DNA of 64,000 nucleotides from an uncultured delta proteobacterium (GCA_963771175.1 CAVYSY010000033.1:416001-480000); one strand, 5' to 3'; numbered from the stretch's first letter, positions 1-10,688 are shown. The notes: generated by a model not told the origin, from the sequence alone. Made by a program: numbers and translations.

Positions 1-725
1 TGCAGGCGCTGGAGCTCGCCCCCGAGGCCCACCCCGGCGAGGGCGACATGGTCTTCATCCTCCTGCCGGCCGGCGGGGGCATGCTGGGGCTGCTGGAGAC
101 CCGGGTCCAGGCCGTGCAGGTGCTCGACGAGTCCCTCACCTTCCTCGAGCTGGAGGCCGCGCTGCCCGAGGACGCCTCGGGAGGTCCGGTGCTGGATGCC
201 TCGGGCGCGCTGGTGGGCGTGGCCACCTGCGCCTTCGCGGACGGCCGGCCCGTCACCATCGTCATCCCCTCGCGCTACGTGCAGCCGCTGCTCGAACAGC
301 CCGGGACGAAGCCGCTCTCCGCGCTCGCCCTCGCCAGGCCCTCGGCCTCCCGCCAGCGGCAGGTGCCCACGCATCCGCTCTCGCTGCTGGAGGGATGCGC
401 CACGGACGCCGTCGAGGAGGTCGCCCTGGCCATCATGCAGGCCATCCAGGTGGGAGCGCCCACCTACAACCGGGGAGACCCCGCGGGCTGCTACCGCCTC
501 TACGCGCGCGCGGCCGAGCGGCTCATCCAGGAGCACTCGGACTGCCCCGGTGCACAATCCGCCCTGCGCGAGGGACTCCAGCGGTGCGCGACACTCACCG
601 ACGCGGATGAGCGGGCCTGGGCCCTGCGCGACACCTTCGACGGTCTGCTCCACGTCATTGATCGCTGGCTGCAGGCCCAGGCGGCCTTCGCGCGCATGGC
701 GGCCCCCAAGTCATACATGCAGTGA
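1..725 (+). CDS. Trypsin-like (S1) serine protease with C-terminal helical domain, 5'-truncated by window edge
   Basis: Frame is open from position 3. Contains DASGGPVLDASGALVGV (S1 active-site SGGP-type motif). C-terminal AIQVGAPTYNRGDPAGCYRLY domain. Confidence 0.7.
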   Translation, partial: QALELAPEAHPGEGDMVFILLPAGGGMLGLLETRVQAVQVLDESLTFLELEAALPEDASGGPVLDASGALVGVATCAFADGRPVTIVIPSRYVQPLLEQPGTKPLSALALARPSASRQRQVPTHPLSLLEGCATDAVEEVALAIMQAIQVGAPTYNRGDPAGCYRLYARAAERLIQEHSDCPGAQSALREGLQRCATLTDADERAWALRDTFDGLLHVIDRWLQAQAAFARMAAPKSYMQ

Positions 726-916
726 AGTGTCCCGGACCCCGCGCCCTCCCAGAAGCTGGCTCTTCAAGGAATTCGTTCATTCCAGGACATCCCGGGCAAC
801 CAGGGAGGCAAAATCCACGGGTGGCCACCCCGCGCCCCGTCGGAGGGGACGTCTGCCCATAGTAAGACGTCTGTTGCGCGAGGCGCGCGGCCGACCCGGA
901 TCCTCACGAGGAAGAC

Positions 917-2860
917 ATGCGGGCACTGCTCGTTCCATCCGGGACCTTCGATCTCTCGCCCGTGGAAACCCTGCTCCGGCAGCTCGGAGTCAGCCCGACG
1001 CACGCCGGTGACGACGAGGCGGCCATCGCGGCCTTCCGTCAGTCTCCCTTTCCGCTGGTGCTGCTGGGGATGGACGACGCGGGAGACCGGATCGTCCTCG
1101 TGCGTGCGCTGCGGACCTGTCCGCGCGGGGCACGGACCGCCATCCTGCTGGTGGCGCGGCCCGAGCAGCAGGCGAAGCTCCACCCGCTGCTGGATGCCGG
1201 GGTGGACGACTTCCTGCTGCTGCCGCTGGACGAGGCCTCGGTCGCGCTCCGATTGCGGCTCGCCCTTCGCCGCGCGGCCGAGCGACCGGAGCCACTGCCG
1301 GAGGACTTCGAGCTGGACGGGCTGTGCGCGGTGCTGCTGCGGGAGAGCCCGGTGCCTACCTGCATCATCACGCGCGAGGGCAATGCCTTCGTCGACCTCA
1401 ACGACGCCTGCCTGCGGGTGTTCGGCTACACGCGAGAGGAGATGCTCTGGCGCACCGCGAAGGAGCTGAACCTCTGGGAGTCGCCCCTCGAGAGCAATCG
1501 GCTGGCGGCGCTCTTCCGGGAGCAGGGCGCGCTGAGGGGAGTAGAGTCGCGCGTGCGCACGAAGAGCGGGGAGGTGCGCCACGTGCTCGTCTTCGCGGGC
1601 ATCGCCGAGTACGCGGGCACGCCGCACGTCGTCTGCATGTTCCCGGACATGACCGAGCGCAAGCAGATGCAGTCGCGGCTGCTGTTGTCGGACCGGATGG
1701 CCTCGGTGGGAACGCTGGCCGCCGGCGTGGCGCATGAAATCAACAACCCACTGGCCTACGTCACGGCCAACCTCGGCTACGTGCACGAGGAGATGGGGCG
1801 CCTGCTGGAGCGCTGGCCCAAGGAGGGGCCCCCCTGCCCCAGCCTGACCACCCTGGTGAAGTCGGCGTGCGTCGCGCTCGGCGAGGCGCTGCACGGCGCG
1901 GACCGGGTGCAGACCATCGTGGGAGACCTCAAGACGTTCTCCCGGGAGACGCGCGAGACACAGGAGGAGCCCATCCGGGCGGTGGACGTTCGGAAGGTGA
2001 TGGACAGCACCCTGAGCCTCGCGGCCGGGGAGATCCGCCACCGAGCACAGCTCGTGAAGGACTATGGGGAGGTGCCCCCGGTACACGGCAACGACTCGCG
2101 CCTGGGGCAGGTCTTCCTCAACCTGCTCGTCAACGCCGCCCAGGCCATTCCCGCCGACGGCGACGCGGACCAGCATGAGATCCGCGTCACCACGCGCCTG
2201 CTGCCCTCCGGGCAGGTGGCGGTGGAGGTATCGGACACCGGGGCGGGCATCGCGCCCGAGCTGATGGGCCGCATCTTCGATCCCTTCTTCACCACCAAGC
2301 CGCCGGGGGTGGGAACAGGGCTGGGCCTGTCCATCTGCCACAACCTCATCGCCACGATGGGCGGGGAGATCCACGTCCACAGCGACCTGGGTCGGGGCAC
2401 CACCTTCCAGGTGTTGCTGCAGGTGGCCACCACGCCGTTGGAGCAGCCCGCGCCGGTGGAGCCGCGACCCGAGCCCCCTCCCAGTCCCCGAGGCCGGGTG
2501 CTGGTCATCGACGACGAGCCCATGCTGTGCTCGGCGGTGGAGCGCATCCTCCGGCCCCACCATGACGTGGTGCTCACCACGCTGGCGGCCGAGGCCCTCC
2601 CGCGCCTGGAGGCGGGAGAGCGTTTCGATCTCATCCTGTGCGACCTGATGATGCCGCGGATGAACGGCATGGACTTCCACGCGGCGCTGCAGCGGCTGCG
2701 CCCGGAGCTGACCGGCCGCGTCATCTTCCTCACCGGCGGCGCCTTCACGCCGCAGGCGAAGTCCTTCCTGGCTCAAGTGCCCAACCGCCGGGTGGACAAG
2801 CCGTTCAACGCGCGCGCCCTGCTGGCGGTGACGCGCGAGGTGCTCGCCACCGTCGGTTGA
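917..2860 (+). CDS. Hybrid sensor histidine kinase (REC-like, PAS, HisKA, HATPase, REC)
   Basis: H-box AHEINNPL, N-box [31 protein letters not shown]-terminal VLVIDDE...CDLMMP receiver. Confidence 0.95.
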   Translation: MRALLVPSGTFDLSPVETLLRQLGVSPTHAGDDEAAIAAFRQSPFPLVLLGMDDAGDRIVLVRALRTCPRGARTAILLVARPEQQAKLHPLLDAGVDDFLLLPLDEASVALRLRLALRRAAERPEPLPEDFELDGLCAVLLRESPVPTCIITREGNAFVDLNDACLRVFGYTREEMLWRTAKELNLWESPLESNRLAALFREQGALRGVESRVRTKSGEVRHVLVFAGIAEYAGTPHVVCMFPDMTERKQMQSRLLLSDRMASVGTLAAGVAHEINNPLAYVTANLGYVHEEMGRLLERWPKEGPPCPSLTTLVKSACVALGEALHGADRVQTIVGDLKTFSRETRETQEEPIRAVDVRKVMDSTLSLAAGEIRHRAQLVKDYGEVPPVHGNDSRLGQVFLNLLVNAAQAIPADGDADQHEIRVTTRLLPSGQVAVEVSDTGAGIAPELMGRIFDPFFTTKPPGVGTGLGLSICHNLIATMGGEIHVHSDLGRGTTFQVLLQVATTPLEQPAPVEPRPEPPPSPRGRVLVIDDEPMLCSAVERILRPHHDVVLTTLAAEALPRLEAGERFDLILCDLMMPRMNGMDFHAALQRLRPELTGRVIFLTGGAFTPQAKSFLAQVPNRRVDKPFNARALLAVTREVLATVG

Positions 2861-2863
2861 GGC

Positions 2864-4174
2864 TCAGCGGAAGAAGGCGCGCAGCGTGGAGATCATCGCC
2901 GCCACGTCCGCCGCGGCGGCCATCTCGCGGATGGAGTGCATGGACAGCATGGGGCTGCCCACGTCCACGGTGCGGATGCCCAGTTCCCCGGCGGTAATGG
3001 GGCCGATGGTGCTGCCACAGCCCAGGTCCGTCCGGGTGACGAAGACCTGCGGCGTCACTCCGGCCTCGCGGCAGTGGAGCGCGAACCAGGCCCAGCTCTC
3101 GCCGTCGGTGGCGTAGGACTGGTTGACGTTGGACTTGATGACCGGGCCGGCGCCCATCAGCGGCTGGTGCTTGGGCTCGTGCATGGAGGCGTAGTTGGGG
3201 TGCACCGCGTGCGCCATGTCCGCCGACACCAGGAACGAGTGGCGGATGGCCCGGTGGAAGGAGTCCCGCCGCCCGTCCGAGTGCGCCAGGGTGATGCGCT
3301 CCAGCAGATCCTTCAGGAAGGGCGAGGCGGCGCCCTGCGCGCTGCGGCTGCCGCACTCCTCATGGTCGTACAGCACGACCCCGCGGGTGGCCTCGCCGGG
3401 CCCGCTCAGGGCCAGCAGCGCGGACAGCGCCGAGTGGCTGCTGGCGAGGTTGTCCAGGCGTGCCGCGTGGAGGAACTCGCCAAAGGCGCCGGAGCGGCTG
3501 GAGGGCTGCGTGTCGTAGAGGCAGAGATCGAAGCCGAGGATGTCGCCCGTCTCCACGAGGGCGCCGCCCCGGGCCAGCTCCTCGACGAGCATCGCCTTGA
3601 GGTCCACCGCACCCGAGCGCTCCAGGGCGAGCACCGGCACCAGATGGTCCTGGGCGTTGAGCTTGAGGCCCTCGGAGTTGACGGTGCGGTTGAGGTGGAT
3701 GGCGAGGTTGGGGATGCGCAGCAGCGGGCGGCGGAAGTCCACCAGATGGTGCGTCAGGCGGCCGTCCTTCGCGACGACCACGCGGCCGGCGAGCGACAGG
3801 TCGCGGTCCAACCAGGTGCTGAAGAGGACACCGCCGTACACCTCCACGCCGAGCTGGTGGTAGCTGGAGCGCAGCACATGGGGGTTGGGCTTGATGCGCA
3901 GGTTGGGCGAGTCCGTGTGGGCGCCCACCAGCTTGAAGCCAGCGCGGTCCACCGGGGCGGTGCCGAGGTGGAAGGCGGCGATGCTGGTGTCCCCGCGGGT
4001 GACGTACACCTTGTCCCCGGGCTTCAAATCCCAGGACTCGCGCTCGTCGAGGGCGCGATAGCCCTGGGCGGACAGGCGGCGGATCGTCTCGCGCACCACG
4101 TGGTACGGGGTGGGCGAGGCATCGATATAGGCCAGCAGGTCGTTGGCGGCGGCGTCGGTATCGGAGGGAATCAT
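2864..4174 (-). CDS. M18 family (aspartyl) aminopeptidase
   Basis: SPTPYH, GAHTDSP, RLDNL, DHEECGS, SADMAHAVHPNY, MLSMHSIRE motifs. Start placed at MIPSD. Confidence 0.93.
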   Translation of the reverse strand: MIPSDTDAAANDLLAYIDASPTPYHVVRETIRRLSAQGYRALDERESWDLKPGDKVYVTRGDTSIAAFHLGTAPVDRAGFKLVGAHTDSPNLRIKPNPHVLRSSYHQLGVEVYGGVLFSTWLDRDLSLAGRVVVAKDGRLTHHLVDFRRPLLRIPNLAIHLNRTVNSEGLKLNAQDHLVPVLALERSGAVDLKAMLVEELARGGALVETGDILGFDLCLYDTQPSSRSGAFGEFLHAARLDNLASSHSALSALLALSGPGEATRGVVLYDHEECGSRSAQGAASPFLKDLLERITLAHSDGRRDSFHRAIRHSFLVSADMAHAVHPNYASMHEPKHQPLMGAGPVIKSNVNQSYATDGESWAWFALHCREAGVTPQVFVTRTDLGCGSTIGPITAGELGIRTVDVGSPMLSMHSIREMAAAADVAAMISTLRAFFR

Positions 4175-4240
4175 CCCCTCCAGGCTAGCGCCACCGCCGC
4201 GCCACGCCACGGGAAACGTGGCGACTCCGCCAGGAAGAGA

Positions 4241-5647
4241 TCAGCGCTGGGGCTCGGCTGCCTGGGCGTCACCCGCGGGCTCCACCCCCTGGTATACCGC
4301 CGGCAGCGAGGCCGACACGGCGCCCACGTAGAAGATGCCGTGGTAGCCCTGCTTGTTGCGGCCGTCGAACAGGTGGACGAAGTAGCGCGCCCCGTTGTCC
4401 TGGCCCTTGGCGGGCTTCACGCCACAGTCCAGCTTCTGCTCCCCGCTCACGGCGCAGATCCACGCCGTGCCGCTGTCGTAGGCGATGTCCAGCGAGTACA
4501 CGTTCGGGAACACGTCCGCGACGCGCCTGCCCATGGGGCGGTAGTCAGGATTCCAGGGCAGCCCCTTCACCTGCCGGGGGTGGAGATTGCCGCTCACCAC
4601 CAGCACCGCCCGATTCCGGGACTTGCCGACCACCTCCAGCACCGAGCTCGCCATGGCCTCCTCACGCGCGTCACCCTCGAGCGGCGGGCGATCGAAGGCG
4701 AAGACCTCCACGTCCAGCCCCTGGCTGCGCAGCTTGCGCAGGGACTCGAGGAGGTAGGCCACGGCATCGCTGTTGCGGCCGTCCGGGTACGGGCTGCGCC
4801 AGAAGGGGCTCTCCATCAGCTTCGCCCAGTCCTGCGCCTTGCCCTTGCTGGCCATGAATTCCTGGAGCCGCTCCTGGTTCACATCGGGAATCTCCAGGCC
4901 CACCGTCACCGGGATGCCCTGCACGGCCGCCTGGCACACGCTCTGGGCGATGAAGTGCGGCACCTGCTGCGTGCCGTGCAGCTCCCCCAGCATCACCACG
5001 TTGCCGGGACGCGCCACCTTGCCCAGCCCCAGGATGGGCACGCCGCACTCGATGTCATCGTTCCGCGTCACCACCACCTCGGGGGTGTCGCTGGACTTCT
5101 GTGCGCTCCGCGCGAGCACCGGGGCGATCTGTCGGAACAGCTTCCACTCCATCACCGTGTCGCGAGCGGCCTGCCGGGACTCGACCCTGACATTGGCGTC
5201 GCCCCCCCCCATCTGCATCATCGATGTCTCGAGGGACGCCAGACTGCCGAGGCCCGTGGGGCTGTCCTCGGTGCGCGCGTCACCGCTCCAGACGAGCTCG
5301 CTGCCCGGCGCCTTCAACGCCTTGTTGGCGCTGCGGGTCTCGCGGGTGATGACCAGCTTGCAGCGGTGGGGCCCCTCGGGCTTGGCGATGACCAGGTAGC
5401 GATGCCAGTAGGCGGCAATCCTCGAGCCGGCGAACTCCTCGCGCCACTCGGTCTCCAGCGCGGCCGTTCCCGGGGTCTCGCGGAAGACGAAGCCCTTCGT
5501 CGAGAAGTACGTGCGGACCTGCGGCCAGACCTCGTCGATCGGCTGCTCGTAGATGGCCTCCTCGTCCGGGGCGAAGTCCACGAAGCGCGAGGAACACCCC
5601 GACAGCACGGCCAGCAACGACAGGCAAACGAAGGCCATCCTTCTCAT
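4241..5647 (-). CDS. Lipoprotein: N-terminal BamC/NlpB-like domain plus C-terminal EreA/ChaN/TIKI-like domain (paralog 1)
   Basis: Lipobox LSGC; GELHGTQQVP, GLE, GNLH motifs; strong similarity to the neighbouring ORF. Confidence 0.7.
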   Translation of the reverse strand: MRRMAFVCLSLLAVLSGCSSRFVDFAPDEEAIYEQPIDEVWPQVRTYFSTKGFVFRETPGTAALETEWREEFAGSRIAAYWHRYLVIAKPEGPHRCKLVITRETRSANKALKAPGSELVWSGDARTEDSPTGLGSLASLETSMMQMGGGDANVRVESRQAARDTVMEWKLFRQIAPVLARSAQKSSDTPEVVVTRNDDIECGVPILGLGKVARPGNVVMLGELHGTQQVPHFIAQSVCQAAVQGIPVTVGLEIPDVNQERLQEFMASKGKAQDWAKLMESPFWRSPYPDGRNSDAVAYLLESLRKLRSQGLDVEVFAFDRPPLEGDAREEAMASSVLEVVGKSRNRAVLVVSGNLHPRQVKGLPWNPDYRPMGRRVADVFPNVYSLDIAYDSGTAWICAVSGEQKLDCGVKPAKGQDNGARYFVHLFDGRNKQGYHGIFYVGAVSASLPAVYQGVEPAGDAQAAEPQR

Positions 5648-5705
5648 TCAACGTCCTCCAGGTTCTCTCTAGGAATGGCCGCGGCGAGAACCGCGACCGC
5701 CGGGT

Positions 5706-7193
5706 TCACATCGGGTCGGGACGGGTGGTGCGCTGCTCGTCGGAGCCGGACTTCGAGCCGCCGGGACGCACCGCGGGCGGAGAGGCAGACACCGGGCCCA
5801 CGTAGAAGACACCGTGGTAGCCGGACTCGGTCGGCTGCTCGAAGAAGGACACGAAGTACCGGTCCCCGTTGTCCTTGCCCTTCGTGGGCCGCTCGCCACA
5901 CTCGAGCGTCTGCTCCACGGAGCAGATCCACGCCGTGCCGCTGTCGAAGGCCACGTCCAGCGACAGCAGGGAGGGCAGCTTCTGGGCGAGCATGTAACCC
6001 ATGGGGCGGTAACCCAGGTCCCACGGCACTCCCGGGTTGGTGCGCGGGTGGATGTTGCCGGTGACGACGAGGAAGAAGCGTCGAGGGCCCTGCTCCACCT
6101 GGGAGAGGATCGTCCGGGCCATGGCCCCCTCGCGGCTCTCGCCCTGCAGCTCCGGGTGGTCGAAGACGAAGACGTTCACGTCCAACCCCTGGGCACGCAG
6201 CCAGCGGAGCTGCTCCAGCAACTGGGCCACCGCCTCGCTGCTGCGTCCGTCCGGGTAGGGGCTGCGCCAGAAGGGGCTCTCCATCAGCAGCGCATGGTCT
6301 TCCTCGGTGCCCGCGCTGGCGATGAAGCGCCGCACACGCTCCTGGTTCTCCACCGGCATCTCCAGGCCCACCGTCACCGGCGTGCCGCGCGTGGCCACCT
6401 GGCAGGCACCCAGTGCCACGAAGCGGGGCACCTCCCGCGTGCCGTGCAGCTCGCCCAGCAGCAGCACCGTGCCCGGCTGGCTCTTCCCGGCGAGCCCGAT
6501 GATGGGCATGCCGCACTCGATGGACGCGCCGCCCGGCTCCTGCTTCGTCGCCGCCAGCGCCGGCCCCTCCACGCCCTTCTTGCGCACATCCAGCACCGGC
6601 ACGACGCCCTGCCTCAGCGACCACTCCATCGCCGAGTCCCGAGCGCCCTGCACGGACTCCCCCATCGTGCCGAGCGCGTCCATGGGGACGAGGAAGCTGC
6701 TCACGGACTCGTCGGGGACGAAGCGCAGCTTCTCCTCGCTGGAGGGCACGCGCACGTCGTACTCCTCCATGCGGATGCCCCCACCCGGCAGGCCGTCATT
6801 GGGGGAGCCCGGGAAGCGGCTCCCCGACCAGTCCGGTTGCTTCGCATCGTTGACGGGAGCCCCATCGGGGCTGCGGCTGGAGCGGATGACCCACACCTTG
6901 CTGCGCGCCGGGGCCTCCCGCTTGCCGATGACGGTGTAGCGGTGCCAGTAGCCGGCGACCTTCGAACCGGCGAACTCCTCGCGCCACTCCGTCTGCAACA
7001 CGAAGTGGGGCGCGTCCTCCCGGTATTTGTACCCGCCGTCCCGGAACCAGGCCTCCACCACGGGCCAGACCTCTTCCAGGGGGTGCTCGTAGACAGCCTC
7101 CTCCTGCTTCTCCAGCCGGAGGATGCCCTGTCGCGAGGCGCACCCCACCAGCCCCCCCAGCAGGAGAACCGGGATGAAGATGGCCGCTCGCAT
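5706..7193 (-). CDS. Lipoprotein, paralog of 4241..5647
   Basis: Lipobox LVGC; shares EWREEFAGS..AGYWHRY, GELHGT, LMESPFWRSPYPDGR, DSGTAWIC, GYHGVFYVG with the downstream paralog. Confidence 0.75.
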   Translation of the reverse strand: MRAAIFIPVLLLGGLVGCASRQGILRLEKQEEAVYEHPLEEVWPVVEAWFRDGGYKYREDAPHFVLQTEWREEFAGSKVAGYWHRYTVIGKREAPARSKVWVIRSSRSPDGAPVNDAKQPDWSGSRFPGSPNDGLPGGGIRMEEYDVRVPSSEEKLRFVPDESVSSFLVPMDALGTMGESVQGARDSAMEWSLRQGVVPVLDVRKKGVEGPALAATKQEPGGASIECGMPIIGLAGKSQPGTVLLLGELHGTREVPRFVALGACQVATRGTPVTVGLEMPVENQERVRRFIASAGTEEDHALLMESPFWRSPYPDGRSSEAVAQLLEQLRWLRAQGLDVNVFVFDHPELQGESREGAMARTILSQVEQGPRRFFLVVTGNIHPRTNPGVPWDLGYRPMGYMLAQKLPSLLSLDVAFDSGTAWICSVEQTLECGERPTKGKDNGDRYFVSFFEQPTESGYHGVFYVGPVSASPPAVRPGGSKSGSDEQRTTRPDPM

Positions 7194-7289
7194 CCAAAAC
7201 CTCCCTGGGCGTGACGCCCGCAAACGTCTTAACGACTCCGACGCGCGGACATACTGCCTGGAAATGAGCGGATTTTCGCGGGGGCTATC

Positions 7290-9350
7290 CTACCCGCCCC
7301 CACCCTGCCCCAACTCCTCCAGCAACCGGCGGGCGTCGTAGACCTTCCGGAGCCCCTCCAGGATGCCCTGGCTGTGGACGGAGACGCTGCGGTTGGCGGA
7401 CTCGTCGAAGCCGTACTCGCCCCCCAGGGACTGGATGTTGCCGTCGAAGACGATGCCGACAATCTCCGCGTCCTTGTTGAAGATGGGAGACCCCGAGTTG
7501 CCGCCGATGATGTCGTTGGAGCTCACGAAGTTGAACGACGTCTGGAGCTCCAGGCGGGGCTTCGCCTTCAACCAGCTCGGCGGCAGGCGGAAGGGGTCCT
7601 CGCCGGTGGCGCGCTCGTAGAGGCCGGAGATGAGGGTGAAGGGCTCCACCGTCCTGCCCTCCTCCGAGTAACCCTTCACCTGACCGAAGGACAGACGGAG
7701 CGTGAAGGTGGCATCCGGGTAGATGCTGGTGCCGTAGGCCTCGAAGCGGGCGCGGGCGATGAGCTCGCCGTTCTTGTCGACGACGGACTCCACCTCCTCC
7801 TCGTAGCGCTTGCGGATGGCGCGCGCCTCGTCCTCGAAGGAGCGGATGAACTCCAGCATCGGGTCCTTCGAGCCGCGGATGGCGGCCGGACCGCCCTGGT
7901 AGAGCTGGCGGCGGACCTTTGGGCTGGCCAGCTTCGTACCGGCCACCAGCTTGCGCGCGATCGCCCGCGGGGACTGCTTGCCCAGCACCTTCTTCACCAC
8001 CGGATCATCCGGCCCGAGCTGCTCGCGCAACTTCGTCAGGTAGAAGGTGAGCAGCGCCTGCTCCAGTTGGGGGTAGACGGGCGCCGGGCTGAAGAGCTGC
8101 TGCTCCAGCTCCGGCTTGCGCGCCTCGGCGTACTCCTCCAACCGCAGCTCGTTGGGCTTGGGCAGCTCCTCCGCCGAGCGGACGAGCAGGCGCGCATAAC
8201 CAAAGAGGTCCGAGCCCGCCCCGGAGCTCTGCTCCAGCAGCCGCAGCCGGATGCGCATGTCCCGCAGCGTGTCCGTGGACTTCGCGATGTTGTCCCACGC
8301 CTGACCGAAGCGCTTCTGGCGCGCGGGGTCCGCCTTCACCCAATCGCGCAGCTTCTGCTCCTCGGCCACCTTCTTGGCGAAGAAGTCCCGGTCCACCAGC
8401 GCCTCGCGCCGGCCCACCAGCGCCTTGTAGGAGTTCTCCACGCCGAACTTGAGGTTGTTGGAGATGCGGGTGAGCTCGGGGCCACGCTGCTGGAACTCGT
8501 CGAGCAGCCCGCGGAGCTGCGCCAGTTGGAAGAGGCGCTCGGGCAGCGCATAGTCGCGCTGGTAGAGGAGCTGGGCCTGCGTCAGCAGGCGCGAGGTGCC
8601 GCCCGGGTGCCCGGAGACGAAGGTGAGCTCACCCGCCTGCGCGCCCCTGGCCGACCAGCGGAAATAGTCGTCCACCTTCGCCGGCTTGCCTTCCTGGTAC
8701 ACGCGCACGAAGGCCACGTCGTAGTCGTAGCGGGGGAACTCGAAGTTGTCCGGGTCGCCTCCGAAGAAGGCGATGGCCTCCTCGGGAGCGAACACCAGCC
8801 GCACGTCCTGGAAGCGCTGGTACTTGTACAGGTTGTACATGCCGCCCTGGTACAGCGACACCACGTCACAGCGGGTGTCGGGCGCGGTGGCGCAGCCCTT
8901 CTCCAACCGGGCGATCTCCGCCCGCTGCGCATCCCGGAAGGCCGCGCCCTCCTTGCCCTGCGTGGCCTTCGTCACCTGCTCGGTGACGTCGGAGATCTCC
9001 ACCAGCCTGTTGACCTCCATCGCCGGGCACTGCCGCTCCTGCTGCGCGGTGGCCGCGATGAAGCCCTTCACGATGTAATCGTTCTGCGGAGTGGAGAGTT
9101 GCTGCGCGCACTCGCGCACGCAGTGGTGGTTGGTCATCACCAGCCCAGTGGGGGACACGAAGCTGGCCGAGCAGCCGCCGGCGATCCGGGCCGAGGAGAG
9201 CCGGACCTTCCGCAGCCATTCCGAGTCAGGTGCGAAGCCGTACCGGGCCTTCACCAGGTCAGAGGGAAAGTTGTTGAAGGTCCACATCCCCTCATCGGCA
9301 CGGGCGAGCCCGGCGGCGAGCAGGACGAGGACGGGGAGCAACCGTGTCAT
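7290..9350 (-). CDS. S46 family dipeptidyl peptidase (DPP7/DAP BII-like)
   Basis: Signal peptide followed by ADEGMW; GGCSASFVS..GLVMTNHHC; DIIGGNSGSP; FDGN. Confidence 0.95.
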   Translation of the reverse strand: MTRLLPVLVLLAAGLARADEGMWTFNNFPSDLVKARYGFAPDSEWLRKVRLSSARIAGGCSASFVSPTGLVMTNHHCVRECAQQLSTPQNDYIVKGFIAATAQQERQCPAMEVNRLVEISDVTEQVTKATQGKEGAAFRDAQRAEIARLEKGCATAPDTRCDVVSLYQGGMYNLYKYQRFQDVRLVFAPEEAIAFFGGDPDNFEFPRYDYDVAFVRVYQEGKPAKVDDYFRWSARGAQAGELTFVSGHPGGTSRLLTQAQLLYQRDYALPERLFQLAQLRGLLDEFQQRGPELTRISNNLKFGVENSYKALVGRREALVDRDFFAKKVAEEQKLRDWVKADPARQKRFGQAWDNIAKSTDTLRDMRIRLRLLEQSSGAGSDLFGYARLLVRSAEELPKPNELRLEEYAEARKPELEQQLFSPAPVYPQLEQALLTFYLTKLREQLGPDDPVVKKVLGKQSPRAIARKLVAGTKLASPKVRRQLYQGGPAAIRGSKDPMLEFIRSFEDEARAIRKRYEEEVESVVDKNGELIARARFEAYGTSIYPDATFTLRLSFGQVKGYSEEGRTVEPFTLISGLYERATGEDPFRLPPSWLKAKPRLELQTSFNFVSSNDIIGGNSGSPIFNKDAEIVGIVFDGNIQSLGGEYGFDESANRSVSVHSQGILEGLRKVYDARRLLEELGQGGGG

Positions 9351-9544
9351 GCGGGATCTCCTTTGCGTACACCTCGCGCTGGATTGGTCCCCACCGGAGG
9401 AGTCGGGTCAAAGCCTTGTGAGGACGAGTCGTCCGCATCCGTCCGCCCGGACACGCTCGCACCGGGAAGGGTGCCATCCACTGGACGGAGCCCGACCCAC
9501 GCGAGCCCGTGCCGGGCATGCCGCAGGCCGTCACCTGGGGACAA

Positions 9545-10060
9545 CTATGACTCCCCCGTGAGTTCCTCGAAGGAAGGAATGGGGGGAGCGGGAATCAAGA
9601 ACCACATCTCCCTGCGCTGACGAACAACGACATATGGGCTGCCCGCGACCTCCACACGGGTGCCAAAACGCGGATCCGGCTCCGCGTGTAACCAGTTGAG
9701 GGCCTCCGTCATGTTGGCAAAGGAGTGCGCGACGCGTCCCAAGCGTTCCGCCGCCTTTTCGATATCCAGGAGATAGTCCTGGAAGTCGCGCAGCTTGCCA
9801 TGCATGTGATGGGAGCCAGAATCAGCAAGCCCCCGGCCACGGAAACGACGATAGAGGCCAATTGAGCGCAGTCGCGTTGGGGCCGACGGGATGCGAGCAC
9901 GACGCCGCTTTCGAGCCAGGTGCTGGTTCTCACGTCATAAGACGTCGGCCAATCGAAATCTGTATTGCGCAGCTGATGTGGCACAGCCCACGAGGAAAAC
10001 CCAAGCGCAAAGCGCGACGGCCCCATGGGCGCCCAACTCATGCTTGGAAATGTCCACGTG
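9545..10060 (-). pseudogene. Decayed lipoprotein/putative-immunity cassette remnant
   Basis: Three fragments: lipobox signal (VALCAWVFLVGC); hydrophobic C-terminus VVSVAGGLLILAPI, like IAILGGALVLAPL at 18896; and an N-terminally truncated ORF 9545..9805 (HSFANMTEALNWL..RVEVAG) resembling 18477..18871. Confidence 0.5.
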
Positions 10061-10079
10061 TACTCCCCGGGTCGTCGAG

Positions 10080-10688
10080 TCAAAAGTCGAACGTAATGAG
10101 GTAGTCCGACTCGAACACCTCTCCATCGAAGGTGGGGAGCTTGTAGCGAAAGGAGGAGACGGCCGAGAGGACCCGCTCCCGCCGGCTCGCGTCCATCACG
10201 GGCACCACCACCTGGCAGTTACGCGGCACCCCGGGCTCCACCAACCGGCAGTGGAGCTTGATGACGTCCTGCTTCTCGAAAGGCACGGGCTTCGTGGCGC
10301 CGGTGCGAGGGGGACGGGAGACGAGGCGCTCGGGCTTCTTCAGCCGCAGGGCCAGTGTCTCGCAGGCCTCCCTGACGTGTCCGTTGCACGCTTTCGAGAG
10401 CAGCGACACGGCCCGGATGGAATCCTTCTGGACGCCCTCGCCGGATGCGAAGGCCAGGCCCCGCTCGTAGCACTGGCGTGCCGTCGCGACGGTACACACC
10501 TCGGTCTCGGGAGGAGGAACACGCTCCGTCTCGCCCGAGCCAAATGAGCCCAGGGCCGCGGGCCGTATCTTGTCGACGAGCGGGCGCTGGGGATTCTCCC
10601 TCCGAAGCAGCGCGCACCCGCCCAGCGCGAGCATCCAGGCACATCCCAGCCCCGCCACGACCCACCGCCTCATGAGGAGTCCAGACAT
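10080..10688 (-). CDS. Lipoprotein with a Sel1-like repeat and TonB C-terminal-like domain
   Basis: Lipobox LGGC; CYERGLAFASGEGVQKDSIRAVSLLSKACNG (Sel1); C-terminal C.L...G..C...RY.LPTFDG...DYLITFDF. Confidence 0.65.
   Translation of the reverse strand: MSGLLMRRWVVAGLGCAWMLALGGCALLRRENPQRPLVDKIRPAALGSFGSGETERVPPPETEVCTVATARQCYERGLAFASGEGVQKDSIRAVSLLSKACNGHVREACETLALRLKKPERLVSRPPRTGATKPVPFEKQDVIKLHCRLVEPGVPRNCQVVVPVMDASRRERVLSAVSSFRYKLPTFDGEVFESDYLITFDF

Noticed and set aside
2936..6064. 1042-aa plus-strand ORF, and similar long ORFs at 764..2776, 7374..9620, 19355..22450, 46923..48974 and 52981..55020
   Set aside because: Antisense shadow frames of real genes, expected in high-GC DNA; no motifs.
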